Shown here piece by piece: positions 1-12,160 of a DNA stretch of 64,000 nucleotides; the first letter of the stretch is position 1; the number at the start of each line of letters is the position of its first letter. Source of the DNA: Syncephalis fuscata S228 (Eukaryota > Fungi > Zoopagomycota); the NCBI GenBank assembly GCA_025786725.1, contig JAHLTZ010000016.1, positions 477,154 through 541,153 on the forward strand, in the 5' to 3' direction. A program made the position numbers and the translations under genes. A model generated the notes under the pieces. It did no database searches and was not told where the DNA came from. It saw only the letters and a program-made list of their open reading frames with translations.

Positions 1-703
1 AAAATTCACGGTGTTAGCCAAGTTTCATATTACGTAGATTATGCCGTTTTGTTTGAAAATCCACTTTGATGGCCCATTTGTGTCATTTTGGATAATCCAC
101 TGTTAATTTTTTGGCTGAAAACAAAGTAATAATATTTTAATAATACTTAATAAACTTTGTAAATTGTAATAATACACTAATACCAAAAGTAATGAAGTAT
201 AACAAATAATGCTGTCTACTTGAACATTCGTTGCTGTTTAGCATCTAGATTAATAATAATACATAACGCATAAATACTGTATCGACGATAGCTGACAGCA
301 ATACTGCTATTCTATGCGCATTATTTTTTGCTTTCCTATTTTCATAATTTTTGTTTTTTAGCCATGATTGTCTCACAATTACACTTGCGATGTGTATAGT
401 CGGGAATGAAACGGCCAGTCACGTGATGCTAGTACTCATAATAAAATATTAATAGTGACATCGGTGTTAGTACAGCCTCTCCTTATTGCTACTCATTCTT
501 ATTCTTGCTTTCGCCCTTCCTCGACTATCAATCACCCCTGCCGCATATCATCTGACAACCCGCATCAACTCTTCTGTCATTCTTATGCTGCATTCTACCC
601 TTTAATCTTCTTAAATTCCTGTATTACATTGACTTGTCAACTATTTGATGTGAGATAGCATCCAGATTGTTAGCATTTCGAGCTATCCATCAACCAAGCA
701 AAT

Positions 704-2572
704 ATGCCGTTCTCGCGCTTCTATGAATGGCTTTCAAACAGTCCGCGTCGAACGGACGGTGAACAGCAGCAGCAGAATGACAGAGAAAGGAGTCCAGTTG
801 TATCGGCTTATCACTCGCAACACTCGACGCCTGTTGTTGTGACATCCAGCCTTGGCAACTGCCACCATAATTCTTCAGAGTCCCCAACCGTTGCATGTTC
901 GCAGTCAACCTCATCAAGCTTATTAAGAAAGACTTCATTGAATCGACAGTCTCGGCGCAACGATGGTTTGAAAAGCAGTCTAGTCTCGTCGAGAACACAT
1001 TCAGCAAGTCCCTCTACCGCTCGTAACTCGGCTATAAGCCCAGTAATAAATCTTACAAGAATGTTTTCCACCAAAAACATTAATCCTCGCCAATTGCTAC
1101 ACAAACAGAGCAGCGATCAGGCCTCTAGTGCCCCACAAACGGTTGGTGTAAATAACTCGATAAGTTCTCAATCTGCCGGTTTAGGCATTGATGAGATTTA
1201 TATGCATGACAATGACAGTGGTCGTGGCATAGACGTTCTCCCACAGATAGGTAGGTACATGTATAAAATATATTAATTTAGTTTATAAAAAGAGTAATCT
1301 AAATTTTACTAATATTTATTAATATGTACAGATTTTATTGCACGTCTTTCTACTGAAATGAGTCTTCATATACTTGGATTTACGGATGAAGCAACGCTAC
1401 GCTCTGCCGCACAGGTAAATCGCTATTGGTATGAATTAGCGAACGACAACGAGCTATGGCGCAAGCTTTATTATCATAATTCTACCTGGAATACACGAGC
1501 AATTCCACAGCAGCAAAAACAGCCGATTTCATGGGTATATGAAAATGAAACAGTACCTACGACTAGTCATGTTCCTATCAATTCACCAGTTCATTACAAA
1601 AATCTATATCATACTCGAAAAACATTGGATGACCGTTGGAAACGAGGTGATCTTAAAACACAGTTTTTATCAGGTCATTCCGATAGTGTCTATTGCGTAC
1701 ATTTCGACGATGACAGTATTTTTACAGGATCACGCGATCATACCATTCGTCAATGGGATGTACGATCTGGGCAATGTGTCCGCACTATTGAGGCTCATGC
1801 AGCATCAGTGCTGTGCCTACGACGTCACGGCAATCAACTCGTTACAGGAAGTAGCGATTGTACAGCAAGTATATGGAACCTACCTACATTTACCCAAGGC
1901 CATCGCTTGGTTGGCCATACTGCCGGCGTGTTAGATGTATGCATTGATGAAGAGCTGATTGTCACTTGCTCAAAGGATACGACATTGCGGGTATGGGATC
2001 GTATTACTGGCGAGTGTAAACATATTCTTTATGGCCATCGTGGTCCAGTAAATGCAATCCAAATGAAGGACGGTATTATTGTATCGGCAAGCGGCGATGC
2101 CACGATACGTGTATGGGATGCTAAAACGTATAATTGTCTTCGCACAATCACAGGCCATGTACGCGGCTTAGCTTGTGTGCGATTTGATGGCAAACATATA
2201 GTCAGTGGCAGCAATGATCGTACTATTCGTGTATGGGATGTTCATACAGGCGATTGTTTGCAAACACTCGAAGGTCATAAGGACCTTGTGCGAAGCATTT
2301 GGTTCAACGACCAATGGATTGCCAGTGGCAGCTATGATCTAACTGTCAAGATATGGGATCGTAAAACTGGTCGCCAAACACTTGACCTTCTTAATGGTCA
2401 TGAAGGCTGGATTTTTGACGTGCAATTTAATCATTCAAAGGTGGTCAGGTGAGTTACATTTAACGATTAATAGCTGGCTTACTCACATCTATATCATCGC
2501 AGTGTTGGTCAAGATCGTAGAGTTGTTGTTTGGAACTTTGGATATGGCCTCGATCTTACACATGTTTGCTAA
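704..2572 (+). CDS. F-box/WD40 repeat protein (beta-TrCP/FWD1/Cdc4-like SCF substrate receptor); exons 704-1250, 1332-2448, 2503-2572
   Basis: Splicing GT-AG introns 1251-1331 and 2449-2502 gives an F-box (DFIARLSTEMSLHILGFTDEATLRSAAQVNRYW) followed by 7 WD40 repeats (GHSDSVYC..SRDHTIRQWD etc.). The N-terminus is Ser-rich. Confidence 0.93.
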
Positions 2573-3069
2573 TGACACAGTATTAATATTATTGCTGCTA
2601 TTCTACTGCTACTATTACTATTACTATTACCATCAAGACTCGAATTCGTCAAGGATATCAGCTATTTAAACATCTTTATTTTCAAATGTTTTACTGTTAA
2701 ACTATTATTTGCTGCTTTGTTTTTGTTTTTGATTGCCTTCGATAATCATTTGCCACTTCGTTTTACACAAATGTTACCTTTTAGCCAGGCTGAAAAGCCA
2801 TTATTGTTATTGTCATCTTTAATAATAAACTACTGACTGTTTGATAAATATCCATATCAACCGATACAATCGAACCAATTAGTGTCATGGGAAATTGGAC
2901 CGGCTTTTGAATCCGTTGAACCAACCAACCAATGTTTTTAAACATCTTGGTCAGAATTGACTGGTGAAAAACACTTAGGTCCCACCCATTTGAATAAAAT
3001 ATAGTCGATGTTGTATTACAATTACCATTGTACAATGGTGCTCTGTAACATCCCCACCGATCCACGTTC

Positions 3070-4724
3070 ATGACCTTTCAGCTATTATACCGTTTGCTCT
3101 TACGCAGCTTTCTACTGCTAGTTTTACTGGAAACATGGGCAGGACAGCTAGACGTGCATGCACATGCAACTAGAAATGATGCATCCCATTTAGTAGTTTT
3201 AAAAGGAAAACCAGAAGCACAAACGCTACGTGCTATTTCTAATCATACAAGTCTACCACCGGGTGAGATTAGTATGCAAACAGTGGCCAAATTGCCACAA
3301 GTCATATCAGTGGGCAATCTTCATGTAGTATTGTCGCAACTGTCGGATGACGTTACTTCTGCAGTATCGAATATTGCCGGTGTAAAATATGTCAATCCCA
3401 ATCATCAAGTGCGTGCATTTGGCACAATCGAGCATAACTATGCTAGTAGAAATGCTCATGATAAACATGAACGACGTGCAATAGCGCCAATACCATCAGA
3501 TGAGCCTGATGCTAATAATGGCACTGGTGTAATAATTTATGTGTTGGATACGTAAGCTGATTTATTGTACTGACAAACACATTATATAATAACACATTTT
3601 ATTGTATTTTATATGCTTAAATATCAAGCGGTATTGATATCTATCACACCGATCTAGGCAATCGCGCAACATGGGGCTTTAATGCAATGGACGACGGCGT
3701 AGATAGGGACGAGAGTGGACATGGAACGTTTGTTGCCGGGCTACTTGGTGGCAATCATGTAGGCTACGCAAAAGGCGCGCACCTTACTGCAGTTAAGGCA
3801 AGGCAGAACAGAACAGAATAAACTTTAGTATCTAAATAAATCATAAAGGTTTTGGACAAGTCAGGAGAAGGATCGGTAGAGTCGGTTCTACGTGGCCTAG
3901 AGTATGTCCATAATAATGTTATGGAAGAACCAAATAGGCTAGCAGTGGTCAAGTAAGTTCAAAGCCAAGTGACAATAATATACTGCGTAAACTAATTCAA
4001 TCATAAAACGATGTAGTTTATCTTTAGGTACACCACAAGATGCGCTGCTTAACGAAGCCGTTGCCGAAATGACTCGGGCCGGAATTGTTGTTGTTGTACG
4101 TAACTCATAGCTTAATAATAATTTAAAGAATAATAATAATGATGATGACGGTGGTGGTGGTAGTGGTAATAATGCAATGTTTATTAATTGTTATATTATC
4201 AACGATAGGTCGCCGCAGGCAATGGTGATGACCATGGACATGCCGTCGATGCTTGCGATTACTCACCAGGCAATGCGCCAGAATCCATTACTGTTGGCGC
4301 CACAGATATTGTCGCACAAATCGCGCCCTTTTCTAATTACGGCACTTGTGTAGATCTTTTGGCACCTGGCAATCATGTGCATAGTATTGCAAATACATCA
4401 AATACTACACTAGTGTCGCGCTCTGGCACAAGTTTTGCAGCGCCTGTTGTTGCAGGTGCCGCGGCTTGTGCAATGGCAAGCTTTGGAACGGTCACAAGCA
4501 CTGAAGATATTCGACAGCATTTATTAGATATTGCTGTTAAAGATATTGTAAAAGGCAATCTTCATGGCACGCCCAATATATTTTTACAATCACGAGCTCA
4601 ATTTGTACTCGACAGTTCTATGTCGAATGGTTACCGTAACTATTTTATACCAATTTATATGATGCCAATCAACCTGTCTATTGTTTGTTTACTGTTTTCT
4701 ACGCTTTTATTCATTATTTACTAA
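3070..4724 (+). CDS. Secreted subtilisin-like serine protease (S8A, proteinase K-like), copy 1, 5 exons
   Basis: Signal peptide, I9-like prodomain, catalytic motifs IYVLD(T)G, GHGTFVAG, AAGN and SGTSFAAP, and a hydrophobic C-terminal tail. Includes a GC-AG intron at 3798-3848. Confidence 0.9.
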
Positions 4725-5183
4725 ATAAACTTGCATCTATATAATTTATTATTTCAATTTATGTTTAATGATTTGTATAGTAAGCCATACTATGCAGACA
4801 TAGCCTCATGGTTATAAATGTTTTGCTCCAACACTATGTCACTCGTTTTAAATACTAGCCTAATTAATGTTTGAGTTCCGCCTACTTTTCTATTGTTAAA
4901 CATGGCGGATGTAAGTGTGATTAAGACTGAGAAACAAATAAATCTCTGATAAAACTGTCTTTACTCGCTTGCACCTAAGCAAGTAAAAGTTGCTTAAATA
5001 AACCTTACTTATAAGTAGTGTCTATTCTAGTATCCTAGTTCAACTCTCTTGCTTATCAGTCTACCTTATACTTACTTTGTAGCGTATTACCATCACTCAT
5101 TGATAGCACGTCCAAGCACATTGTTATTACATCTGCTCATTCGTTTAGTCATCGTTATAGTTATTCAATTAATTCGTTACACA

Positions 5184-6770
5184 ATGCGTAGTACTATCTT
5201 TTGTGTAGCGCAATTAAGCGCGCTACTGACGGTTATTTCGTTTTTGGAAATACCACAAGTATACACGGATGCAACACATCTCATTATACTCAAGGAACGC
5301 CCGTCACCAAGGGTGCTTAAGTCATTTGTCACACAGCTTGGTAGTGCGGATCACGCTCAAAACCGTACAGAAAACTTGCAATCTGACCCACGCGTTATTA
5401 GTATTGGTGAGCTACATATACTGCCAACCATGCTTAAGAACGAGGAGGTGAAGAATTGGGAAAACAAGCAAGAGGTCAGCTCAGTAGAGACGGATATAAA
5501 GGTCAAGATGGCTCAGTTACGTACAGTGACCCAGTCTGACCCTCCAAGTTGGGTAAGTGTTTTATTAAATCATCTATTCCTGATTAACAATGCATAATAA
5601 AAAGGGACTGGACCGGATCGACCAACGGAATCTGCCACTTGACAATAAATATAGCTATCCCGCAAGTGCAGGAGATGGCGTGACAGCGTATATTATTGAT
5701 ACGTAAGTACCTGATTAGTTGCTATATTCCCCCTACTAATGCACTTTAAAGCGGAATCGATACAACCAATCCTGATTTTGGTGGCCGTGCAAGTTGGGGC
5801 ACTACTACAATTAATGGCGCACCAAACGCCGATGACAATGGACATGGAACATTTGTCAGCGGTATTGTTGGTGGCAAAACGTATGGCGTGGCAAAAAAAG
5901 TTAACCTTGTTGCCGTCAAGGCAAGTAATGATACATTTAAAAACTAATTTATTTACAATTGTACTGTTACAGTCGCTAGACAGTCAAGGAGAAGGCTATC
6001 TTAGCAATATCCTTAGAGGTATGGAGTGGACATTTAACAACTACCAGAGCCAGCCGAATAAGCGTGCTATTGTCAAGTAAGCAAAACGAGCCACACCGCT
6101 CTGCATCGACTTATCACGCTCTTTAGTATGTCGTTAGGCCTTGTTAAAAGCAAAACAATGAACTCTGCAGTGGCTGAACTAACCAAGGCCGGCATGTTGG
6201 TGGTTGTATGTGTTATCCATTTCTATATGCCCACCACTAACCACATGTATATACTCATGTATTATCCACTAGGTTGCTGCCGGCAATGGCGACGAGCGTG
6301 GCAAGGCAATGGATGCATGCAAGTTTTCACCATCATCAGCACCAGAAGCACTGACGGTGGGAGCCACTGATCGTAACGACGGAGTAACACCATGGTCAAA
6401 TTACGGCGAATGTGTCGATATTTTAGGACCAGGCGAGCGTGTACGCAGCTTGGATTATAAAAATCCAAGTGGTTCCACCGAAGACTCGGGTACTAGCTTC
6501 TCCGCCCCTTATGCTACCGGTGTAGGCGCTTTAGCCATTAGTGCCAACAAAAATACAACATTGCCTGAAGATCTAAAGAAGCTGATTATTGGCGTTTCTA
6601 CAAAAAATGTTATCAAGGGGGATTTACACAAAACGCCTAATCGACTTGTGAACAACGCGATCGACAGTATACCTCTGGCATTAATATCCTCCTCTGGTGA
6701 AAATAAGAACCATGCAAGCTGGAGCATAGCTGGCGCTGTTATATTCCTATCCGTGTGGATGTGGATGTAA
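5184..6770 (+). CDS. Secreted subtilisin-like serine protease (S8A), copy 2, 6 exons
   Basis: Signal [15 protein letters not shown], then [28 protein letters not shown] and SGTSFSAP. C-terminal [19 protein letters not shown] tail. GC-AG intron at 5921-5972. Confidence 0.92.
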
Positions 6771-7361
6771 TAATAATGCGTATTATTCAAATATTTTTCG
6801 CAACCTGATGTTTATTGTGTATGAATATGTACATGTGTATAAGTGCGTACATGATTGTGTGGCGTGTGTCAAAAAGGTGCCACGTTTGTTTCCAAAGCAC
6901 GCATCACTTAACAATAAATAAAATAGGCAATAATGGATCCCAGAGTGATTAATTGCGACTCTTGGCACTAGTACAAAAATCACCATTTCCAAAATAAAAT
7001 GCAAATCTCTATCTCTATCGCCGCCATATCTCACCATCGTTTCCTCAACGTCATTTTTTCAGTCCTATAGCGTTTCATCGCTTATTCGCTCTTGCATAAA
7101 ACTAACAGTGCTTCAAGCTCCATACCAACTTATCTGCGTCACTTGTTTGCGCTGCTACTTGCTTGAATGCCTACTTAGCAATAACTATACTGCATTTTCA
7201 TTAGCATATCGAACTCAATAACATACTCAACTTCTTTTCCACTGACCAGTACCAGAGTCTAGCAACCTATCTACTTGACAATAGGAACTGGTTTATCCGT
7301 TGACTTTGCAGTACAGGTAGCATAGCATCATTCTTTGTGAATACCTTTGCACCTGTATAAC

Positions 7362-8786
7362 ATGCGACTATCTGTCCTATTTTGCAGCGCGCTGGTGCTG
7401 CTAGCAAATTTAGGCGCTGTATCGCCGAAGAGGAACAAGTCCCTGCACTGCCTGGCCCATCAGCTGCTGAGATGAAAGAGGCGATACTCGATCAAATTAT
7501 TGTTTTTGCCAAACAGCCTAGCTCAGAAGCATTGAGTGCACTGGGCCAGCTTGCACTACAGTCACTTGAAAAGCTCGCAAATATGTATATGATTAGTGGT
7601 CAATTTGATGATGCCGTAATAAAGCCGCTTCAAGCTGCTGGCATCATCTCATATACAGAGCCCAACCGACTTGTACGTGCCTCAAATCTCACCATGTCAA
7701 CACAGAACTCACCTGCAAACTGGGCTTTGGAACGTATAGACAAGCGGTATTTGCCACTTAGCAATAGTTTTCACTATCCACCAACTGCTGGCAAGAACGT
7801 TACCGTCTATATCCTAGACACAGGCGTCAATACAAATCATTATGATTTGGGTGGTCGTGCGCGATTTGGCGTTGATTTTATTAACAACAATCAAACAAAA
7901 ACAGATGATCATGGGCATGGTACTTTTGTTGCAGGCCTAATTGGCGGTGGCAAGTACGGAGTTGCCAAGTCATGTTCAATGGTTTCTGTAAAGGTACTGG
8001 ACTCAAATGGAGTAGCACCTACAAATATCATTATCCGTGGCATTCAATATGTGATCAGTCAGCACCAAAAGGATCCAAACAACATGAGTATTCTCAAGTA
8101 AGTACCGCTAATAAATAGATTATAGTCCAGCATGCTGGCAATGATTTACTTATTCTAGTTCACTCATACTAATTACAGTCATACTATTTAGTCTATCATT
8201 GGATTCACCCGTATCTCGTACACTAAATAGCGCTATTATACAGGCCACTCGCGCGAACATTACCGTTGTGGTAGCAGCAGGTAATGGTGACGAACAAGGT
8301 AATCCCCAAAATGCTTGTAATTATTCTCCAGCATCTGCTTCAAATAACTCGGCCGTCATAACGGTTGGCGCGACCGATAAGAGTGATAATCAAGCCAGCT
8401 TTTCAAACTACGGTCCATGCGTTTCATTGTTTGCGCCTGGCGTCAATCTTGTGTCGATATCGAACAAAAATCCCACAGGAATACTTACACTAAGTGGCAC
8501 ATCGTTTGCTGCCCCGCTGGTCTCCGGGTTTGCCGCGTTACTTATGGGCGATAGCGACACACCATTATTACCTGCAGATGTTAAAGCGCAGATTATCAAC
8601 TATACTACACCGAATATTATTAGAAAGCTACAAGCAAACACGCCCAATTCTATGTTATTTGGTAACTTGGTTGCCGCCAAAGCAGGCTTGGATTCATCGG
8701 CAGCAAGTCCATCCTTTTTACGACAGCCTTTGTCAGCTACAGGCGCGCTTGTCATTGCGTCGTTTGCCACACTTTTACTTCTTTAG
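7362..8786 (+). CDS. Secreted subtilisin-like serine protease (S8A), copy 3; apparent 1-nt frameshift near 7408-7420; intron 8098-8191
   Basis: The ATG at 7362 encodes a signal peptide (MRLSVLFCSALVLLANLGAV) in a different frame from the body (IAEEEQ...WALERID...YILDTG...HGHGTFVAG...AAGNG...SGTSFAAP). Hydrophobic C-tail. Confidence 0.88.
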
Positions 8787-10267
8787 TTGTTTATTGTGCT
8801 CCATTACCTCTGTCATTCCTCATTGCATATACCTTCCCAATAACAAAATTTGTTTAGCATTGAATTAATACTATTTGGAAATCAAATGACTAATTTTGAT
8901 AACATTTGTCTAACTGAGCTAGATGCTCGTTCTATTGAAGATGGATCAGGTGGTGGGTTTTATTATGATCACATCATCACATTATATTGCTATTTGATGG
9001 CCAAATGACTGTATTGATTATTTATACATTTAAATTAAGCATTTGTTTTATTGAACATAACGATGGGTGGTGAGTGACGTCAGCCATTAAAATACCTATA
9101 TTTTAGATTTATTATTCAATATGCATATATCCACCATTTACTTACATTATTCCCCTTCTATTTTACACTACTATCTACTACTCTATAGTATACTAAATAC
9201 ACTATATTACTTGTATGTTCCAGTACACTTTGCTCATTCCTCTCATCGCAGTGTATATATACCATAGTGTCAACACCACTCATCATGCTCTTTCCATTGT
9301 ATATCTATTTTATTCTATATCATTTATGCTCGTATAGCCTTGCTCTATTCAAAACTGTTTTTTGTTATTACCTTTATTGTTTACAAGCTTTAGCTTGGTT
9401 CTTTCACTCATTCATGCCTATATGCACACTATAACTTTAGCATTGATAATCGCACACTTTCCCCTGCACATTCATTCTGTTATATATTGTCTCACTATAC
9501 ACTAGCTACGCACTACTTAGCTTTACTAGCACCAGTGCGATAATAGTGGCAGTAGTTGTACTCATTGCTATATAGCATAGACTATATGCGCCATATTCCT
9601 TTCTTCTATTATTTTACTCACTACATTCTTTCTTTCTATTTCTTATTTATTACAATCTATATATACCTATAACAGTAAGTACACCCACTATATGCACGCC
9701 ACGCTTGAGTCTGCCTTTTCTTTCTTTCATACCATTATGCTCGTTTGTTCGCTTTGTTGCTATTGTCCCAGTGAATAGTATTTCATCGGCTATAGTATAC
9801 ACACTATATGCACTTTTATTTTTGCTTATGTTTATCGCCAAATACGCAGTATTGCTTTGCCAATTGCATTGCTATTGAATGACAGACTGTGCATATGTAT
9901 ATAATATATGCATATATTCCTTTTACTATTGAATAGTATTTATAGTCTATAGTTGTATATAGATTGCACCACGCTACTCATCTATGCTTTTGTTGCTACT
10001 CATTGGCTTATGACACAAGTGAATTATTGAATTGTGTTAATAGTATATTATGCATAATAGTAGTAACTAAACCAGTATATTACATGCATACACTATTGCT
10101 AGCGTTGTATATATAATTGTATTTATTATTGTGCGTATGCGTTTGATTATGTGTATGGCGCAATAGTAGATGCGTGTGTATGTATTTGTAGAATGGTCAC
10201 TGCAATTGCTGTAAGCTTTTACACAAACTAGAAATTATGAATAGGTGCAAAAAAATGCCTCCACTTC

Positions 10268-10385
10268 AACTACGTTCATTGCGCCTAGAAAGCACCGGAT
10301 CCCGTCCGATCTCCGAAGTTAAGTTAGGCCGCGCTTCTGTAGTACTGCGGTGGGGGACCACGCGGGAATGAGAAGTAATGTAGTT
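10268..10385 (+). rRNA. 5S rRNA gene
   Basis: 118 nt. Helix I pairs AACTACGTT with AATGTAGTT. Conserved 5S signatures GATCCCGTCCGATCTCCGAAGTTAAG and AGTACTGCGGTGGGGGACCACGCGGGAA (box A, box C, loop E). Confidence 0.96.
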
Positions 10386-10393
10386 CCAAGCTA

Positions 10394-10465
10394 TCTCTGT
10401 TAGTATAGTGGCAAGTATACCCGCCTGTCACGCGGGAGACCGGGGTTCAATTCCCCGACAGAGAG
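10394..10465 (+). tRNA. tRNA-Asp (GTC), intronless
   Basis: 72-nt cloverleaf: acceptor TCTCTGT/ACAGAGA plus discriminator G, D-arm TAGTATAGTGG, anticodon arm CCCGC-CTGTCAC-GCGGG, T-arm CGGGGTTCAATTCCCCG. Confidence 0.98.
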
Positions 10466-10468
10466 CTC

Positions 10469-10473
10469 TTTTT
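10469..10473 (+). terminator. RNA polymerase III T-run terminator after tRNA-Asp (second T5 at 10491-10495)
   Basis: TTTTT lies 3 nt after the tRNA 3' end. There is no T-run between the 5S and the tRNA. Confidence 0.8.
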
Positions 10474-12160
10474 GCGCCGTAGCGCTTTACTTTTTGCACC
10501 TTGCGATGGTTATTATTTTGCTTAAGCTGCAGCGGGAAGATCGCGCGCGATTTTACCGAAAACTACAGGTGCGTATGTGCATTTTTGTTCCAGTGTCGGA
10601 CTGTATACACTGAACTATAGTTATTTATATTCATTCCATTTTAACCAAGTCATTAAAGATTTAAAGGTATGTTTAATTGAACTAGGAATACAGTTATTAT
10701 ACTATAATTGGTATTAAATAGATTACCTATTAACATTATTATGCCGTGATATGATAATCATTTACGAATTGATCCATATAAATTATACGGTTGGTTTAAT
10801 GTTTTTTGCTTATATTTTTGTTAAATAAACAGCCAATAAGATTATATAAGCATTGATGCTAAAGATATAGTATTTTATTTGTATATGACTAAATAAATTA
10901 TGTTAAAATCTGAATACATATAACTAACAACAAATAGGTGGTTTTTAATGGAAAAGCGTGTTTATTAAAATAGATAATATTATAAATAAAGCGAATATAC
11001 AAAATATATTGTATAAATAGTAATAAAGCTATAATATAGATTATTGAATAAGAGTAATAATTTGACCTTTATAATCAATACAATTAAAAGTGGATAACAG
11101 CATTTATCAATAATAATTGACTGCTAGACTATACAGTATATACAGTAGAATGAGTTTATAACAAAAAAGCATGAGCAATAGTACGTAAAGTATAAAATAC
11201 ATGGCTCAATAAATACAATAAATAAAGTGTGTTGAAGCATATGGTGCATATAATATATTTAGTATATTGTAGAGTAATATACAGTAACAATTACATGAGT
11301 GGATAGAAGATATATGAGCACAAGTTAATGATGGTGCTGATGATTTGGTTGTTAATAATATTCACCACCAAGTTTCATGTTTGATAGAACGAACATCTAG
11401 TTCAATTGAGTAGATATTATTAAAACAATCACTTGGCACTCAAATCATATGAAATGGACAATAGACTATTAAAGCAACATGTGTTTTAGTTTAAAATGAT
11501 ATACAATAGAACTGGGCATATTATTACTATTTCAACAGCTTAGGAATAGCAAACAGGCTGGAAAAACAATATGCACTTTTAATAAATATGGTATACACTA
11601 TCGTATACCTAAATTGTCGTAATGATATTATATTGCATCAATCTAATGGTAAATAAACTGCAACGGTTGCTTTAATTCAAATCAACAAGCTACAATTGCA
11701 TTAAAGCAAACGTAAAAAAATGTTTATTGATTAATAAAAGTGTGTACTGGTTATGCTAATTGCATATGGTAACCGAATATGCTAAACGCTTGTTTTGCGC
11801 ATATTCAATCAAATGATATAACTGGATGTTTAAAATATTGAGTAATTTTAATAATTATGACCGTAAAGACGATCACGATAACTGTGATGGGAACTAGTCA
11901 TATTTGATCTAATTTTAATTACTTAATATGGTAATTGCATTAATTATATTTTATTGATGTGCTATTTGGTGGCTGTAATAATCTGGTATTTGTTGCGGTG
12001 ACACAGGTAAATACCCCCTCGCGCTCCTCTTCTACCGCCTTTTTTTCTCCTGACTACCCATTTCCTTCGCTCTGATTCACTATTCTATTTTACCACGCTA
12101 CCTATCTACACAAAACGAACCATTTACTAGTCCAGAACACGAATATCTAAACATATCTTA

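Larger units (their letters stand above)
8868..11450. repeat. Long degenerate inverted repeat (arms ~8868-9450 and ~11100-11450) enclosing the 5S-tRNA cassette
   Basis: 8919-8935 CTAGATGCTCGTTCTAT matches the reverse complement of 11384-11400 (CTAGATGTTCGTTCTAT). ~9175-9235 matches the reverse complement of ~11222-11280 (tactcta.a.tatactaaata.a.tatat). Mismatches are mostly transitions. Confidence 0.75.

Noticed and set aside
9650-9841. Small ORF in the foldback arm as a possible transposase
   Set aside because: No recognisable motif and a non-ATG start in low-complexity sequence.
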